64,000 nucleotides of DNA from Woeseiaceae bacterium. GTDB lineage: Bacteria > Pseudomonadota > Gammaproteobacteria > Steroidobacterales > Woeseiaceae. The notes under the pieces were generated by a model, which saw nothing but the letters and a program-made list of their open reading frames with translations, was not told the DNA's origin and did not search any database. Within the stretch, counting starts at the first letter, position 1, and every line of letters begins with the position of its first letter. Shown here in pieces: positions 32,567-43,074 of the stretch. The DNA lies in contig JABDNG010000068.1 of NCBI GenBank assembly GCA_013001045.1, positions 7,789 to 71,788 on the forward strand. Direction: 5' to 3'. Both the position numbers and the translations under genes were made by a program.

Positions 32567-33647
32567 TCAATCCCTCGTCCGCTGCAATGCGTCCTTCGCA
32601 AACGTCTTCGTAAACATCGGCCAGGCCCTGTAGCCCGTCGATCTTGCGGAGCCGTAACCAGGTACGGCTCTTCATCGCCGTCTGTTGCATGAAGCTCGCG
32701 GTCTTTTTCGCGAAGCCGTCCGGCCCCCAGTCCTGCATTCGTTGTTGAATATGCGTCGGCGCAAAGAAGAACTTGCTGCGCTCTGCGATCACGCCGGCGC
32801 CTGGTTTGGCTTCATCCCAATGAGTGAGACCGACCTTGATGCAGCGCTTCATGTTGTCGCCGAGGTGTGCATGCAGGCGCCCGAGTACCTCGCCGTTGCC
32901 GGCCATGTCGACGATGACCGTGGGGATCGCCGCATCGACGTCGGACAGTGTTTCGTAGGTGACGCTTTGCTCGTAAAGCCCCAGTTTGTTGACGAAGTCC
33001 AGGTTGCGTTTCGAGGTTATCGCGATCGACGGCGGTGCGGTGGCATCGTCATCGAGCGCGTAGGCCAGGCCGATACTCGTCTTGCTCGAGGCGCTCACGA
33101 TGACGACTTGCTGCGCCCCGTACCAGTCCTCGCTTTGCAACGCGTCCCACAGGCAAAACGACGTAATGTGCAGTGGCCATAGCAACATGCGCTCATTGTC
33201 ACCCGCGCGATCATAGCCGGGCTCGGCATTCACTCGCGTGTACAGGTTGTAGCCGGCTGGCAGATCTGCACGATGCGCGGCGCCGTCGATAAAGCGCTGC
33301 GGGGTGATGCGGGTCGGTGTCAGATCGAGCTGGGTCGCCGGCGGAAAATAACCGAACAGACGTTCCCCGACCGGTATATCAGCGGTTTTTGATGCGATGA
33401 CTTCGGCGAAACCCCAGACCGGCATCATGCCCCAGCCGTCGGCGTCTTCGCCGCCGGGTGGGAAGAATTGCCAGTAACCGATTCGGTCGCCGGTCACGGC
33501 GTACGTCACGTTGTTGGCGGTAAACGCGAAGTACTCGATCCTGACGCGTATGTCGCCGTCAGCGAGTGCCGCTTCACTGTCCGCAGTTGTGAATGACACA
33601 ATGCGGTGTACCCTGAAATCGTCTTTGCGAATCTGAAATTCAATCAT
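32547..33647 (-). CDS. DUF2855 family protein
   Basis: FAFTANN.TYA..G....YW.FFP, SASSKT and FFFAP motifs. Confidence 0.8.
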   Translation of the reverse strand: MIEFQIRKDDFRVHRIVSFTTADSEAALADGDIRVRIEYFAFTANNVTYAVTGDRIGYWQFFPPGGEDADGWGMMPVWGFAEVIASKTADIPVGERLFGYFPPATQLDLTPTRITPQRFIDGAAHRADLPAGYNLYTRVNAEPGYDRAGDNERMLLWPLHITSFCLWDALQSEDWYGAQQVVIVSASSKTSIGLAYALDDDATAPPSIAITSKRNLDFVNKLGLYEQSVTYETLSDVDAAIPTVIVDMAGNGEVLGRLHAHLGDNMKRCIKVGLTHWDEAKPGAGVIAERSKFFFAPTHIQQRMQDWGPDGFAKKTASFMQQTAMKSRTWLRLRKIDGLQGLADVYEDVCEGRIAADEGLIIELTP

Positions 33648-35571
33648 TGTGAATTACTCTCTGGCCGACAGGTTTGCCGAGGAAACGATGCACGACAACC
33701 AGTACGATCGCGGCGCTCGGCAGCAGTAAATACCACGGCAGTCCGAACCCGGCCGGCAAAACGCCGAGGGCGAGAGCGGTGATTCCGCCCAACAACGCGT
33801 AGGGCAGCTGTGTGCGCACGTGATCCATGTGGTCGCAACCCGTCGCGAGTGACGACAGCACCGTCGTATCGGAAATGGGCGAACAATGATCGGCCCAGAC
33901 CGCGCCCGTGAGAACGCAGGCAATGCAGGAATACAGAATGTGCATGTGTTCCGCATCCGCTATGCCGTGAGACTGCAACACCGCCCAGCAGAGTGGAATA
34001 ACCAGCGGCATGAGAATGGCCATCACGCCCCAGCTGGAACCCGAGGCGAATGCCGTTGCGGCCGCGAGTGCGAAAACCATGGCCGGCAGCGTGTACGGTG
34101 ACAACGAGTCGCCGAGCACGGAAATCAGGTAGGGCGCCGTCTGCAGGACTCCCGCAACGTCGGCGATCGCCCACGCCATGATCAACAACACGAGACCTGT
34201 CATCATGAAGCGCGCACCGGCGAGCCAGGCGTCGACGGTCTCATTGAGCGTCAACAGTCGCTGGCCCAACGACAGTGAAGTGGCCATAAGGCAGCCCAGC
34301 AGCGATGCCCAGATCAGGACGGAGTAGGCGTTGGCGCTGCCGATGATATCCGTGACGGTCTCGCCTTCGCCGCTGATAAAGAGGCCGATGATCACGGTCA
34401 GGATCATGGTCACGATGGGCAGTACCGCGTTTATTGCACGGCACGGAATTTTTTCCTTGTGATAGAAATCGTCGCCGGATTTGTCCGTGCTTGCCGTCGC
34501 TGTTTTGCGCATGACTTCGCCGCTATGTCGCGCGCGAGTCTCGGCCTTGTACATGGGGCCGAAGTCCTTGCCGGTGTAGACAATCAGAAAGACGAAGAAG
34601 ATCGCCAGGAACGGGTAAAAGCTGTAAGGGATGGAGTTCAGGAACAACATGTAAGGCGTCTGGTCGATGCCCTCAAGATCTTCGATGGCCGAGTCGATAA
34701 GGCCAACCTGAAAACCGATCCAGGTTGTAATGACGGCGATCGTCGATACCGGCGCGGCCGTCGAGTCAACGAGGTAGGCGAGTTTTTCACGCGAGATATG
34801 CAGTTTGTCGCTCATCGGCCGCGTTGCGTTGCCCACGATCATCGTATTGGCATAGTCGTCGAAGAATATCGCCAGTCCCAGCGTCGCAACGACACCCTGT
34901 CCGCGTCGCGGGCTGCGCGCGAAAGGCATGATGCGATCGACGATGCCGACCATGCCGCCGTTTCGCGAAATCACGCCCACCATGCCGCCGATGAGGAACG
35001 TGAATGCCATGATGGCCATATGATCCGGGTCAATCGCGGTATTGACGATATAGACCGTGACGGTTTCGAAGAAGCCGATGAAGCCACCCCACCAGGTCAT
35101 GCCGTTGATCGCCCACGCACCAACGACGAGTCCGACGAACAAGGCGGGGATGACCGAGCGCATGAGGAAGGCGAGCAAGATCGCGATGAGTGGCGGCAAA
35201 ATCGATACCGACGCAGGAATGACCGAGATCTCCTTTGCGAGAACCGATTTTCCGTTGCGTCGAACATCGATCCGGGCCGTGCCGGTATCTGCAACTTCGA
35301 TGCCCGCCGCCGCGAGGCTGGTGCCGGAGCCTTTCGCGACGAGTTTGTCATTGACCAGTATTTCAATGCGACTGCCGGCAGCGAGGCCATCGACCGCGAC
35401 ATCGAAGCCGACGTTCGTCAGGAGCACTTGTGGCGCATCGATCGTGGCGTCATCGGCAAGCGCCGGGGCAGCTAGTAAGAGCAGGGGCAGGCACGCAATG
35501 ATGCCCGCAAGGCCTGCGGTCGTTAAGCGGTTCAGAGTCTTCCCCTTGTTATTATTTTTCGGCGCGCCCAT
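33640..35571 (-). CDS. NhaC family Na+/H+ antiporter-like transporter
   Basis: FFDDYAN, SREKLAY.VDSTAAP, GSSWG, DHCSPISDTT and HV.TQLPY motifs. Confidence 0.88.
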   Translation of the reverse strand: MGAPKNNNKGKTLNRLTTAGLAGIIACLPLLLLAAPALADDATIDAPQVLLTNVGFDVAVDGLAAGSRIEILVNDKLVAKGSGTSLAAAGIEVADTGTARIDVRRNGKSVLAKEISVIPASVSILPPLIAILLAFLMRSVIPALFVGLVVGAWAINGMTWWGGFIGFFETVTVYIVNTAIDPDHMAIMAFTFLIGGMVGVISRNGGMVGIVDRIMPFARSPRRGQGVVATLGLAIFFDDYANTMIVGNATRPMSDKLHISREKLAYLVDSTAAPVSTIAVITTWIGFQVGLIDSAIEDLEGIDQTPYMLFLNSIPYSFYPFLAIFFVFLIVYTGKDFGPMYKAETRARHSGEVMRKTATASTDKSGDDFYHKEKIPCRAINAVLPIVTMILTVIIGLFISGEGETVTDIIGSANAYSVLIWASLLGCLMATSLSLGQRLLTLNETVDAWLAGARFMMTGLVLLIMAWAIADVAGVLQTAPYLISVLGDSLSPYTLPAMVFALAAATAFASGSSWGVMAILMPLVIPLCWAVLQSHGIADAEHMHILYSCIACVLTGAVWADHCSPISDTTVLSSLATGCDHMDHVRTQLPYALLGGITALALGVLPAGFGLPWYLLLPSAAIVLVVVHRFLGKPVGQRVIHND

Positions 35572-35591
35572 GGCGCTCGCGGCCCATCCTA

Positions 35592-38426
35592 TCAGTTGGT
35601 CTCGACGATCTTCCCTTGCTGTTCCGCGCGAGCGGCGAATTCATCCTGCCAGAGCGAGCGATGCGACGCCGGCGCTATCTGGACCGCCGTGACCTTGTAC
35701 TCAGGGCAGTTGGTTGCCCAGTCGCTGTATTCCGTCGTCACGACGTTGGCACCGGTCTCGGGATTATGAAACGTCGTGTAAACAACGCCCGGTTTCACTC
35801 GAGTTGTTATCTTGGCGCGCAACGTAATATCACCCTTGCGGCTGGCAAGCGCAACGAGCTCGCCGTCTCGTATGCCGCGCGTCTCAGCATCGTGCGGATG
35901 AACCTCGAGAAGATCCTCGCCATACCAGACGTTATTGGCCGTACGCCGGGTTTGCGCGCCGACGTTGTACTGCGACAGGATTCTCCCGGTGGTTAGCAAT
36001 AGCGGGAATTTCCGGTTCGTGCGTTCTTCGGTGGGAACGTAGTCCGTCTCGACGAACAGTCCCTTGCCTCGCACAAACTGGTCGATGTGCATGATGGGCG
36101 TGCCCATTGGGGCGTCGTCATTGCAGGGCCACTGCACGCTGCCAACCTTATCGAGAAACTCGAAGCTGACGTTGTTGAATGTTGGCGTGAGCTCGGCGAC
36201 TTCATCCATGATCTGCGCCGCGTTGTCGTAGTGCATCGGGTAGCCCATCGCAACGCTTAGTTCCTGCGTGATCAACCACTCGTCCTTGCCTTGTTGCGCC
36301 GGCATAACGGGGCGTACCCGATTGATGCGCCGCTCGGCGTTGATGAATGTGCCGTCTTTTTCGAGGAAAGACGTGCCGGGCAGGAACACGTGTGCGAACT
36401 TGGCGGTCTCGTTCAGAAACAGGTCCTGTACGACGATGCACTCCATATTGCTCAGCGCCGCTTCGACATGATGGGTGTCAGGATCGGACTGGGCGAGATC
36501 TTCGCCCTGGATGTACATGCCCTTGAATTCTCCGGCGCATGCCGCATCGAACATGTTCGGAATTCGAAAGCCCGGCTCGGGATCGATCGTGACGCCCCAG
36601 TGTTGCTCGAACTGGCTGCGCACGTCGTCATCCGCGACCGGCCTGTAGCCAGCCAGCTCGTGCGGAAACGAGCCCATGTCACAGGAGCCCTGCACGTTGT
36701 TCTGGCCGCGCAGCGGATTCACGCCGACACCGGATCGGCCAATGTTGCCCGTCGCCATCGCGAGGTTGGCCATGCCCATTACCATGGTCGAGCCCTGGCT
36801 GTGCTCGGTTACGCCCAGGCCGTAATAGATAGCGCCGTTCTTTGCGCCGCCATAGAGCCGCGCCGCCGCACGAATGGTCTCGGCGTCGACACCCGAAACT
36901 TTTGCCACTGCTTCCGGCGAATTTTCGGGCCTCAGAATCATGGCTTTCCAGGATTCGAACGAGTCCACTTCGCAACGCGCCTGGACGTAATCATTGTCGA
37001 CCAGTCCTTCGTCCACGATGACATGCGCGAGCGCATTGATGACCGGCACGTTCGTGCCCGGCAGTAATGGCAGGTGATGGGCGGCTTCGATATGCGCTGA
37101 GCGCACGAGGCCGATTTCCCGCGGATCGACAACAATGAGCTGGGCGCCTTCGCGCAGTCTCCGTTTCATCTGCGAGGCGAACACGGGGTGCGCCACGGTC
37201 GGGTTGGCGCCAATTACCATGATGACATCGGCGTCCATGACACTGTCGAACGGTTGCGTCCCGGCCGACGTGCCCAGCGTCGTTTTGAGCCCATAGCCGG
37301 TCGGGGAGTGGCAGACGCGTGCGCAGGTGTCGACGTTGTTATTGCCGAATGCAGCACGCACGAGTTTTTGTACGACAAAGACTTCTTCGTTGGTGCAGCG
37401 CGATGAGGTGATGCCGCCGATGGACTTGCGGCCATGTTCGTGCTGGATTTCCTTGAATCGACGTGCCGCAAAACCGATCGCTTCGTCCCAACTGACTTCG
37501 CGCCAGGGATCGCTCGTGTTGTCTCGAACCAGAGGCTTCATGACACGATCGCGATGCGACGCGTAACCCCAGGCGAATCGACCTTTCACACAGCTGTGGC
37601 CGTGATTTGCCTGCCCGTCCTTGTAAGGCGTCATGCGCACCACCTGGTCGCCTTTCATCTCGGCCTGGAACGAACAGCCGACTCCGCAATAGGCGCAAGT
37701 GGTAACGACGCTGTGGTCGGGCATGCCGTTATCGACGATGCTCTTTTCCATGAGCGTGGCGGTCGGGCAAGCCTGCACGCAGGCGCCGCAGGAGACGCAT
37801 TCGGAGTCGAGAAAACTCTCGCCGATGCCGGCCGAGACTTTTGACTTGAATCCGCGGCCCTCGATCGTAAGCGCAAACGTACCCTGCACCTCATCGCAGG
37901 CGCGCACACAACGCGAACAAACGATGCACTTCGATGCATCGAACTGGAAATAGGGGTTGCTGGCGTCGACCGGCGCGTCCAGGTGGTTTTCGCCATCGAA
38001 GCCGTAGCGCACGTCGCGCAGGCCGACGACGCCTGCCATGTCCTGAAGTTCGCAATCGCCGTTCGCCGAACAGGTCAGGCAATCCAGCGGGTGGTCGGAT
38101 ATGTACAGTTCCATGACATTGCGGCGAATCCTCGACAGCGCTTCGGTCTGCGTGCGGATTTTCATACCGGCTTCGACGGGCGTGGTGCACGAGGCCGGAT
38201 AGCCTTTGCGGCCCTCGATTTCGACGAGACAGAGCCGGCACGAACCGAAGGGCTTGACGCTGTCGGTTGCGCAGAGCTTGGGAACATCGACGCCGGATTC
38301 GCGTGCCGCGCGCAAGATGCTCGAGCCGGCCCGGACCGTCGCCGGCAGGCCGTCGATCTCGACTGTTACGGTTTCGGCGCGGCGGCTCGCCGGCGTGCCG
38401 CGGTCAACTTGTCGTGTCTTGTTCAT
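35592..38426 (-). CDS. fdsA: NAD-dependent formate dehydrogenase, alpha (Mo/W) subunit
   Basis: N-terminal Fe-S motifs, CAYCGVGC, active site CARVCH (Cys, not Sec), PLRGQNNVQG. Confidence 0.92.
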   Translation of the reverse strand: MNKTRQVDRGTPASRRAETVTVEIDGLPATVRAGSSILRAARESGVDVPKLCATDSVKPFGSCRLCLVEIEGRKGYPASCTTPVEAGMKIRTQTEALSRIRRNVMELYISDHPLDCLTCSANGDCELQDMAGVVGLRDVRYGFDGENHLDAPVDASNPYFQFDASKCIVCSRCVRACDEVQGTFALTIEGRGFKSKVSAGIGESFLDSECVSCGACVQACPTATLMEKSIVDNGMPDHSVVTTCAYCGVGCSFQAEMKGDQVVRMTPYKDGQANHGHSCVKGRFAWGYASHRDRVMKPLVRDNTSDPWREVSWDEAIGFAARRFKEIQHEHGRKSIGGITSSRCTNEEVFVVQKLVRAAFGNNNVDTCARVCHSPTGYGLKTTLGTSAGTQPFDSVMDADVIMVIGANPTVAHPVFASQMKRRLREGAQLIVVDPREIGLVRSAHIEAAHHLPLLPGTNVPVINALAHVIVDEGLVDNDYVQARCEVDSFESWKAMILRPENSPEAVAKVSGVDAETIRAAARLYGGAKNGAIYYGLGVTEHSQGSTMVMGMANLAMATGNIGRSGVGVNPLRGQNNVQGSCDMGSFPHELAGYRPVADDDVRSQFEQHWGVTIDPEPGFRIPNMFDAACAGEFKGMYIQGEDLAQSDPDTHHVEAALSNMECIVVQDLFLNETAKFAHVFLPGTSFLEKDGTFINAERRINRVRPVMPAQQGKDEWLITQELSVAMGYPMHYDNAAQIMDEVAELTPTFNNVSFEFLDKVGSVQWPCNDDAPMGTPIMHIDQFVRGKGLFVETDYVPTEERTNRKFPLLLTTGRILSQYNVGAQTRRTANNVWYGEDLLEVHPHDAETRGIRDGELVALASRKGDITLRAKITTRVKPGVVYTTFHNPETGANVVTTEYSDWATNCPEYKVTAVQIAPASHRSLWQDEFAARAEQQGKIVETN

Positions 38427-39973
38427 GGCTCATCTCCGGAAGACGCAAAATCTTCGGCGAAGTGATTCAGGACGCTGCGCACGGGATAGGGCGTCATTCC
38501 CCCCATCGCGCACAGAGACGCATGCTCCATTGTGTCACAGAGTTCGACCAGCAAATCGTAGTTTTCTTCCCGATTTTCGCCCGCGATCAGGCGATCGATG
38601 ACCTCTACGCCACGCGTGGAGCCGATTCTGCAGGGCGTACATTTGCCGCAGGACTCGATCGCGCAGAATTCCATGGCGAAGCGGGCCTGCTGAGCCATGT
38701 CCACCGTGTCGTCGAATACGACGATACCGCCATGGCCGATCATCGCGCCAATTTCGGTAAAGGCCTCGTAATCGAGGCTTATGTCGAGTTGTTCGGCGGT
38801 CAAGTATGCGCCCAGTGGCCCGCCTACCTGCACGGCCTTGACGGGCCGGCCGCTGGCCGTGCCACCGCCCCAGTCGTCGATGAGTTCACGCAGCGTGACA
38901 CCGAACGATTTTTCAACGAGCCCGCCGCGCCTGATATTGCCCGCTAATTGAAATGCCAGCGTACCTTTGGAGCGATTGATGCCCATGCCGGCGTAGCGCT
39001 CGCCGCCAAGATTGACGATGTTGGGCACGGACGCCAGCGTGACGACGTTATTGACGACGGTCGGTTTGCCGAACAGTCCTTCATGCGCGGGCAGCGGTGG
39101 TTTGTAACGAACGATGCCTTTCTTGCCTTCGAGACTTTCGAGCATCGCTGTTTCTTCACCGCACACATACGAGCCGGCGCCGAGATGCAGCTCGATCTCG
39201 AAATCAAAACCGCTGCCCTGGATATTGTCGCCGAGCCAGCCGTTTTCCCGGGCGACATCGAGCGCGCGTGAGAGGATCGAATGGGTCAGCGGGTATTCCG
39301 AACGCAGGTAGATATAGCCTTTGCTTGCCCCGACGGCGAAACCGGCAATCGCCATGCTTTCGATAAGGCCCAGCGGATCCCCTTCCATCAGCATGCGGTC
39401 GGAAAATGTACCGCTGTCCCCTTCGTCCGCGTTGCATGCAATGTATTTCTGATCGGCTTCAGTTGCAGCGACTGTGCGCCACTTGATGCCCGTCGGAAAT
39501 CCGGCGCCGCCGCGGCCACGCAAACCCGAGTCGGCAACGGCGTCGAGTACGGCATCGGGCCCGTCGGCGAACGCTTGCTGCAGCGCCTTGAATCCCTGGT
39601 GCGCAAGAAAATCATCGATCGAGAGCGGCTCCGTGAGTCCACAGCGCCAGAATGTCCAGCGGTCCTGCCCGATCAGGTAGGGCACCTCGGTGATCGGACC
39701 GAGCCTGCGTTCGTGCTCGCCGCCGTTGGGTAAGTCTGCGGCAAACATGCCGGCCACATCCTCCTTGGTGACGTTGCCGTACGCGATACGGACGCCGTCG
39801 ACCTCGACCTCGACCAGCGGCTCCAGCCACGTTGCTCCCCACGAACCATTGCGAATCAACCGAATGCTTGTGCCGGATCGCTTTGCTTCGCGCGCGATTT
39901 CGAGCGCGACCTCGTCGGCGCCGACAGAAACGGCGGCAGTCTCGCGTGGGACATAGATTCGGGTCGCCGACAT
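38423..39973 (-). CDS. fdsB: Formate dehydrogenase beta subunit (NuoF-like)
   Basis: GLRGRGGAGFP, NADEGD, GAGSYVCGEET and ESCGKCTPCR motifs. Confidence 0.9.
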   Translation of the reverse strand: MSATRIYVPRETAAVSVGADEVALEIAREAKRSGTSIRLIRNGSWGATWLEPLVEVEVDGVRIAYGNVTKEDVAGMFAADLPNGGEHERRLGPITEVPYLIGQDRWTFWRCGLTEPLSIDDFLAHQGFKALQQAFADGPDAVLDAVADSGLRGRGGAGFPTGIKWRTVAATEADQKYIACNADEGDSGTFSDRMLMEGDPLGLIESMAIAGFAVGASKGYIYLRSEYPLTHSILSRALDVARENGWLGDNIQGSGFDFEIELHLGAGSYVCGEETAMLESLEGKKGIVRYKPPLPAHEGLFGKPTVVNNVVTLASVPNIVNLGGERYAGMGINRSKGTLAFQLAGNIRRGGLVEKSFGVTLRELIDDWGGGTASGRPVKAVQVGGPLGAYLTAEQLDISLDYEAFTEIGAMIGHGGIVVFDDTVDMAQQARFAMEFCAIESCGKCTPCRIGSTRGVEVIDRLIAGENREENYDLLVELCDTMEHASLCAMGGMTPYPVRSVLNHFAEDFASSGDEP

Positions 39974-40443
39974 CAGTTATTTGCCTTCATCGCATCGACG
40001 AGTTCATCGAATCGGCCCTCGCTGACGCGGCCGTGCGTCTTGCCGTTAATCATCACGGCGGGCGCACAGGCGCAATTGCCGAGGCAGTAGACCGGTTCGA
40101 GTGTGACGTCCGCGTTCGTGGCATGCAGGTTGGCGCCAAGTAACGCCCGAGCATGGTCCGTGAGCTCACGGCCACCCATCGCCTGGCAGGCTTCGGCCTG
40201 GCAGATCTTCACGATATGTTGGCCGGGCGGCTCGGTACGAAAGTCATGGTAGTAGGTGACGACGCCATAGACGTCGGCGCGCGACAGGTTTAACTCGACG
40301 GCCAATTGGCGAATCGTGTCTTCAGATACCCAGCCGAAGCGCATGACGATCGTCTGCAAGATCTGCACGAGCATTTCCGGCCGGGCGCCGAACTGCCGCA
40401 CGATTTCGCTGGTTGTGTCCTTGTCGATGCGTCGTTCCGTCAT
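39973..40443 (-). CDS. fdsG: Formate dehydrogenase gamma subunit (NuoE-like)
   Basis: LNLSRA.V.GV..YYHDF, CQAEAC and CLGNCACAP motifs. Confidence 0.9.
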   Translation of the reverse strand: MTERRIDKDTTSEIVRQFGARPEMLVQILQTIVMRFGWVSEDTIRQLAVELNLSRADVYGVVTYYHDFRTEPPGQHIVKICQAEACQAMGGRELTDHARALLGANLHATNADVTLEPVYCLGNCACAPAVMINGKTHGRVSEGRFDELVDAMKANN

Positions 40444-41285
40444 CAGACTATTCGTTCCTCAGCCGCATAGATATTAAATGTGTCGCCACGCAGGAATCCG
40501 ACGAGCGACACGTTGAACTCACGTGCCAGGTCGACCGCAAGACTCGACGGCGCACTGATGGCGGCAAGCAGCGGCATGCCCGCCATCACGGCTTTCTGCA
40601 TGAGTTCAAAGCTGGCTCTGCCCGACACGATCAGACCGAGATCCTTCGCAGGTAGCGAGCCAGCCGATAATAGCGTGCCGATTACCTTATCAACAGCGTT
40701 ATGCCGCCCGACATCTTCGTGCGACACGATAATATCGCCGGCATCGTTGAACGCGGCGGCGGCATGTAGCCCACCGGTTTTGTCGAACGTCTCCTGTGCG
40801 GCCCGCAGTTTATCGGGCATGGCTCGAAGAACGTCCACGCGAAATCGAGTCGCGTCGGTGGATCGCGTTTGCGCGCCCGACACACGCAGCGCTTCGAGCG
40901 ATGTCTTGCCACAAACGCCGCAACTCGACGTCGTGTAGAAGTGCCTCTGCAGGCGCTCGAGATCTACCGGCACACCGGACTCGAGCTCGACCCGAATGAC
41001 ATTGTTATTGCCGCTGTCAGGAGCGGGCGGCCCACAGGGTTTTACGAAGGCAATGTCCGAGCGAGCTCGAACGATAGATTCCGTGAACAGGAATCCCGTC
41101 GCGAGCTCGGCGTCATTCCCGGGTGTTCGCATCGTGATCGAGATATTGCTCTCGGCGCGGCCATCGCTTGTTTCGTAGCCCAGGCGAATCTCCAGGGGTT
41201 CCTCCACGGCTACCCGATCATCCCGCGATCGCCGTGCCGCGCCGCGGGATTCACTGATCGTAATCGGGAGACTCTTGCCTGGCAT
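40443..41285 (-). CDS. fdhD: Formate dehydrogenase sulfurtransferase FdhD/FdsC
   Basis: EEPLEI, MRTPG, SSCGVCG, TGGLHAA and EDVGRHNA.DK motifs. Confidence 0.92.
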   Translation of the reverse strand: MPGKSLPITISESRGAARRSRDDRVAVEEPLEIRLGYETSDGRAESNISITMRTPGNDAELATGFLFTESIVRARSDIAFVKPCGPPAPDSGNNNVIRVELESGVPVDLERLQRHFYTTSSCGVCGKTSLEALRVSGAQTRSTDATRFRVDVLRAMPDKLRAAQETFDKTGGLHAAAAFNDAGDIIVSHEDVGRHNAVDKVIGTLLSAGSLPAKDLGLIVSGRASFELMQKAVMAGMPLLAAISAPSSLAVDLAREFNVSLVGFLRGDTFNIYAAEERIV

Positions 41286-41504
41286 GCGGCGCTGCTACGG
41301 GGACGTTGGCAGGGCAGTATATCCCAACGCCGCGGCCTTCAGCCGGTAATGAGAATGGTTCTCAAAAATTGATCAAAATCATAAGCCTGACTCGTTTTGC
41401 CGGGGTTCAGCTACATGCATTAGAATGCGCGCCAACGCATTCACATGGTTCAGACTATTGCCGCCGGCCGCGCCGGTGCAAAACCGCACGATAAGGAGAT
41501 TCCA

Positions 41505-41828
41505 TTGAGCAAGATCGCACGCCGAAAATTCATCCAATTGTCAGCCGTCGCCGCGGCGGGTTGTTTCGTACGACCTGGAAAAGAGGCGCACGCCGGCGAT
41601 TTGCCACACCTTTCCGTAGACGACCCGATGGCAGGCGCCATGAAATACACGCATGATGCGTCGACCGTCGATCCGGCGACTCGCAACAATCCTGCCGCCG
41701 TGCAGAACTGTGCCAACTGCGCCCTGATTCAGGGCAATGACGGCGACGAATGGCGTCCTTGCCAGATTTTCCCGGGCAAGGCCGTTGCTGCAGCCGGCTG
41801 GTGTTCGGTTTGGGCTCCCAAAGCCTGA
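41505..41828 (+). CDS. High-potential iron-sulfur protein (HiPIP), Tat-exported
   Basis: TTG start after AAGGAG; RRKF Tat motif; CANC...C.IFPGK.V...GWC..W. Confidence 0.88.
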   Translation: MSKIARRKFIQLSAVAAAGCFVRPGKEAHAGDLPHLSVDDPMAGAMKYTHDASTVDPATRNNPAAVQNCANCALIQGNDGDEWRPCQIFPGKAVAAAGWCSVWAPKA

Positions 41829-41854
41829 CAAAATCGTTACAATACTTCCCAGAG

Positions 41855-41880
41855 ACGCCGGCTCTTTAGCCGGCGTTTTT
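41855..41880 (+). terminator. Rho-independent terminator after HiPIP
   Basis: ACGCCGGCT-CTTT-AGCCGGCGT hairpin followed by a T-tract. Confidence 0.7.
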
Positions 41881-41892
41881 GGGAGAGCTATC

Positions 41893-43074
41893 TTGTTTGA
41901 AAAACTGCAGCCGGCGCCCGCTGACGCCATCCTCGGCCTGATCGCCGAACACAATAATGATCCCCGTGCCGATAAAGTCGACCTGGGTGTCGGTGTATTT
42001 CGGACCGCGGAAGGTGAGACGCCGGTGCTCGATGTCGTGAAGATCGCCGAGCAACACCTCATCGATACGCAAAGCAGCAAAGCGTATATCGGAACCGCGG
42101 GCGACGCGTCGTTTAACGCCGCGATGCAGGAACTGACGTTTGCGAACGCCTGCGACGCGGATCGCCTGGTGACGATACAGGCACCAGGCGGATCGGGTTC
42201 ACTGCGCGTGGCTGCCAGTCTGATTCTGCGAGCGAGACCGGAGGCGACGGTCTGGGTCAGCGAGCCTACCTGGGCGAATCATATGCCGCTGCTCGGTGGT
42301 GCCGGCCTGACGCTCAAGCCGTATCCCTACTACGACACAGCCAGGCACGTCATCAACGTCGATCAGATGCTGGATGCGTTGGGCCAGGTAGCGACGGGGG
42401 ATCTCGTACTGTTGCACGCCTGTTGCCACAATCCGTCCGGTCTCGATCCGTCGGAAGAGGAGTGGCGTGCGATCTCCGACGTTATCGTCGAACGTGAGCT
42501 CGTGCCTTTTGTCGACATGGCCTACCAGGGTTTTGCTGACAGCCTCGACGCGGACGCCTTCGTGGTTCGTCATCTGGCCGAGCGCGTGCCTGAAATGATC
42601 GTGACCAACTCATGTTCGAAGAACTTTGGCTTGTACCGCGATCGTGTGGGGAGCTTGTCGATTCTCGCGGCGGATACGACGTCGAGAAATACGATCAACA
42701 CCCAGGTCAACAATGTCGTCAGGACCATATACTCGGTGCCGCCGGATCATGGCGCCGTGGTTGTCAGCCTGATTCTCAATGACCCCGAACTGAGAGCCGC
42801 ATGGCGCCTGGAACTTGCGGCGATGCGAGGGCGCCTGCGTGAAATGCGGGTACTGTTGACCGATGCGCTCAAGGAAAGGGCCCCCGACCACGATTTCTCA
42901 CACCTGGTGCGGGCGACCGGCATGTTCTGTTTCCTCGGCATAACGGCCGATCAGGTTGCGCGCCTGAAAAAAGACTACGGCGTCTACATGGTCGACTCGA
43001 GCCGCATTAACATCGCGGGCATTACCGCGCACAACGTGAATTACCTGGCAGATTCGATCGCCGCAGTACTCTGA
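41893..43074 (+). CDS. Aspartate/aromatic amino acid aminotransferase (AspC/TyrB)
   Basis: D.ILGL, KVDLGVG, HACCHNP.G, D.AYQGF, PLP lysine motif SCSKNFGLY.DR, and RIN.AG. Confidence 0.92.
   Translation: MFEKLQPAPADAILGLIAEHNNDPRADKVDLGVGVFRTAEGETPVLDVVKIAEQHLIDTQSSKAYIGTAGDASFNAAMQELTFANACDADRLVTIQAPGGSGSLRVAASLILRARPEATVWVSEPTWANHMPLLGGAGLTLKPYPYYDTARHVINVDQMLDALGQVATGDLVLLHACCHNPSGLDPSEEEWRAISDVIVERELVPFVDMAYQGFADSLDADAFVVRHLAERVPEMIVTNSCSKNFGLYRDRVGSLSILAADTTSRNTINTQVNNVVRTIYSVPPDHGAVVVSLILNDPELRAAWRLELAAMRGRLREMRVLLTDALKERAPDHDFSHLVRATGMFCFLGITADQVARLKKDYGVYMVDSSRINIAGITAHNVNYLADSIAAVL

Noticed and set aside
35592..38426. Selenocysteine in formate dehydrogenase
   Set aside because: The active-site ligand is Cys and there is no in-frame TGA.
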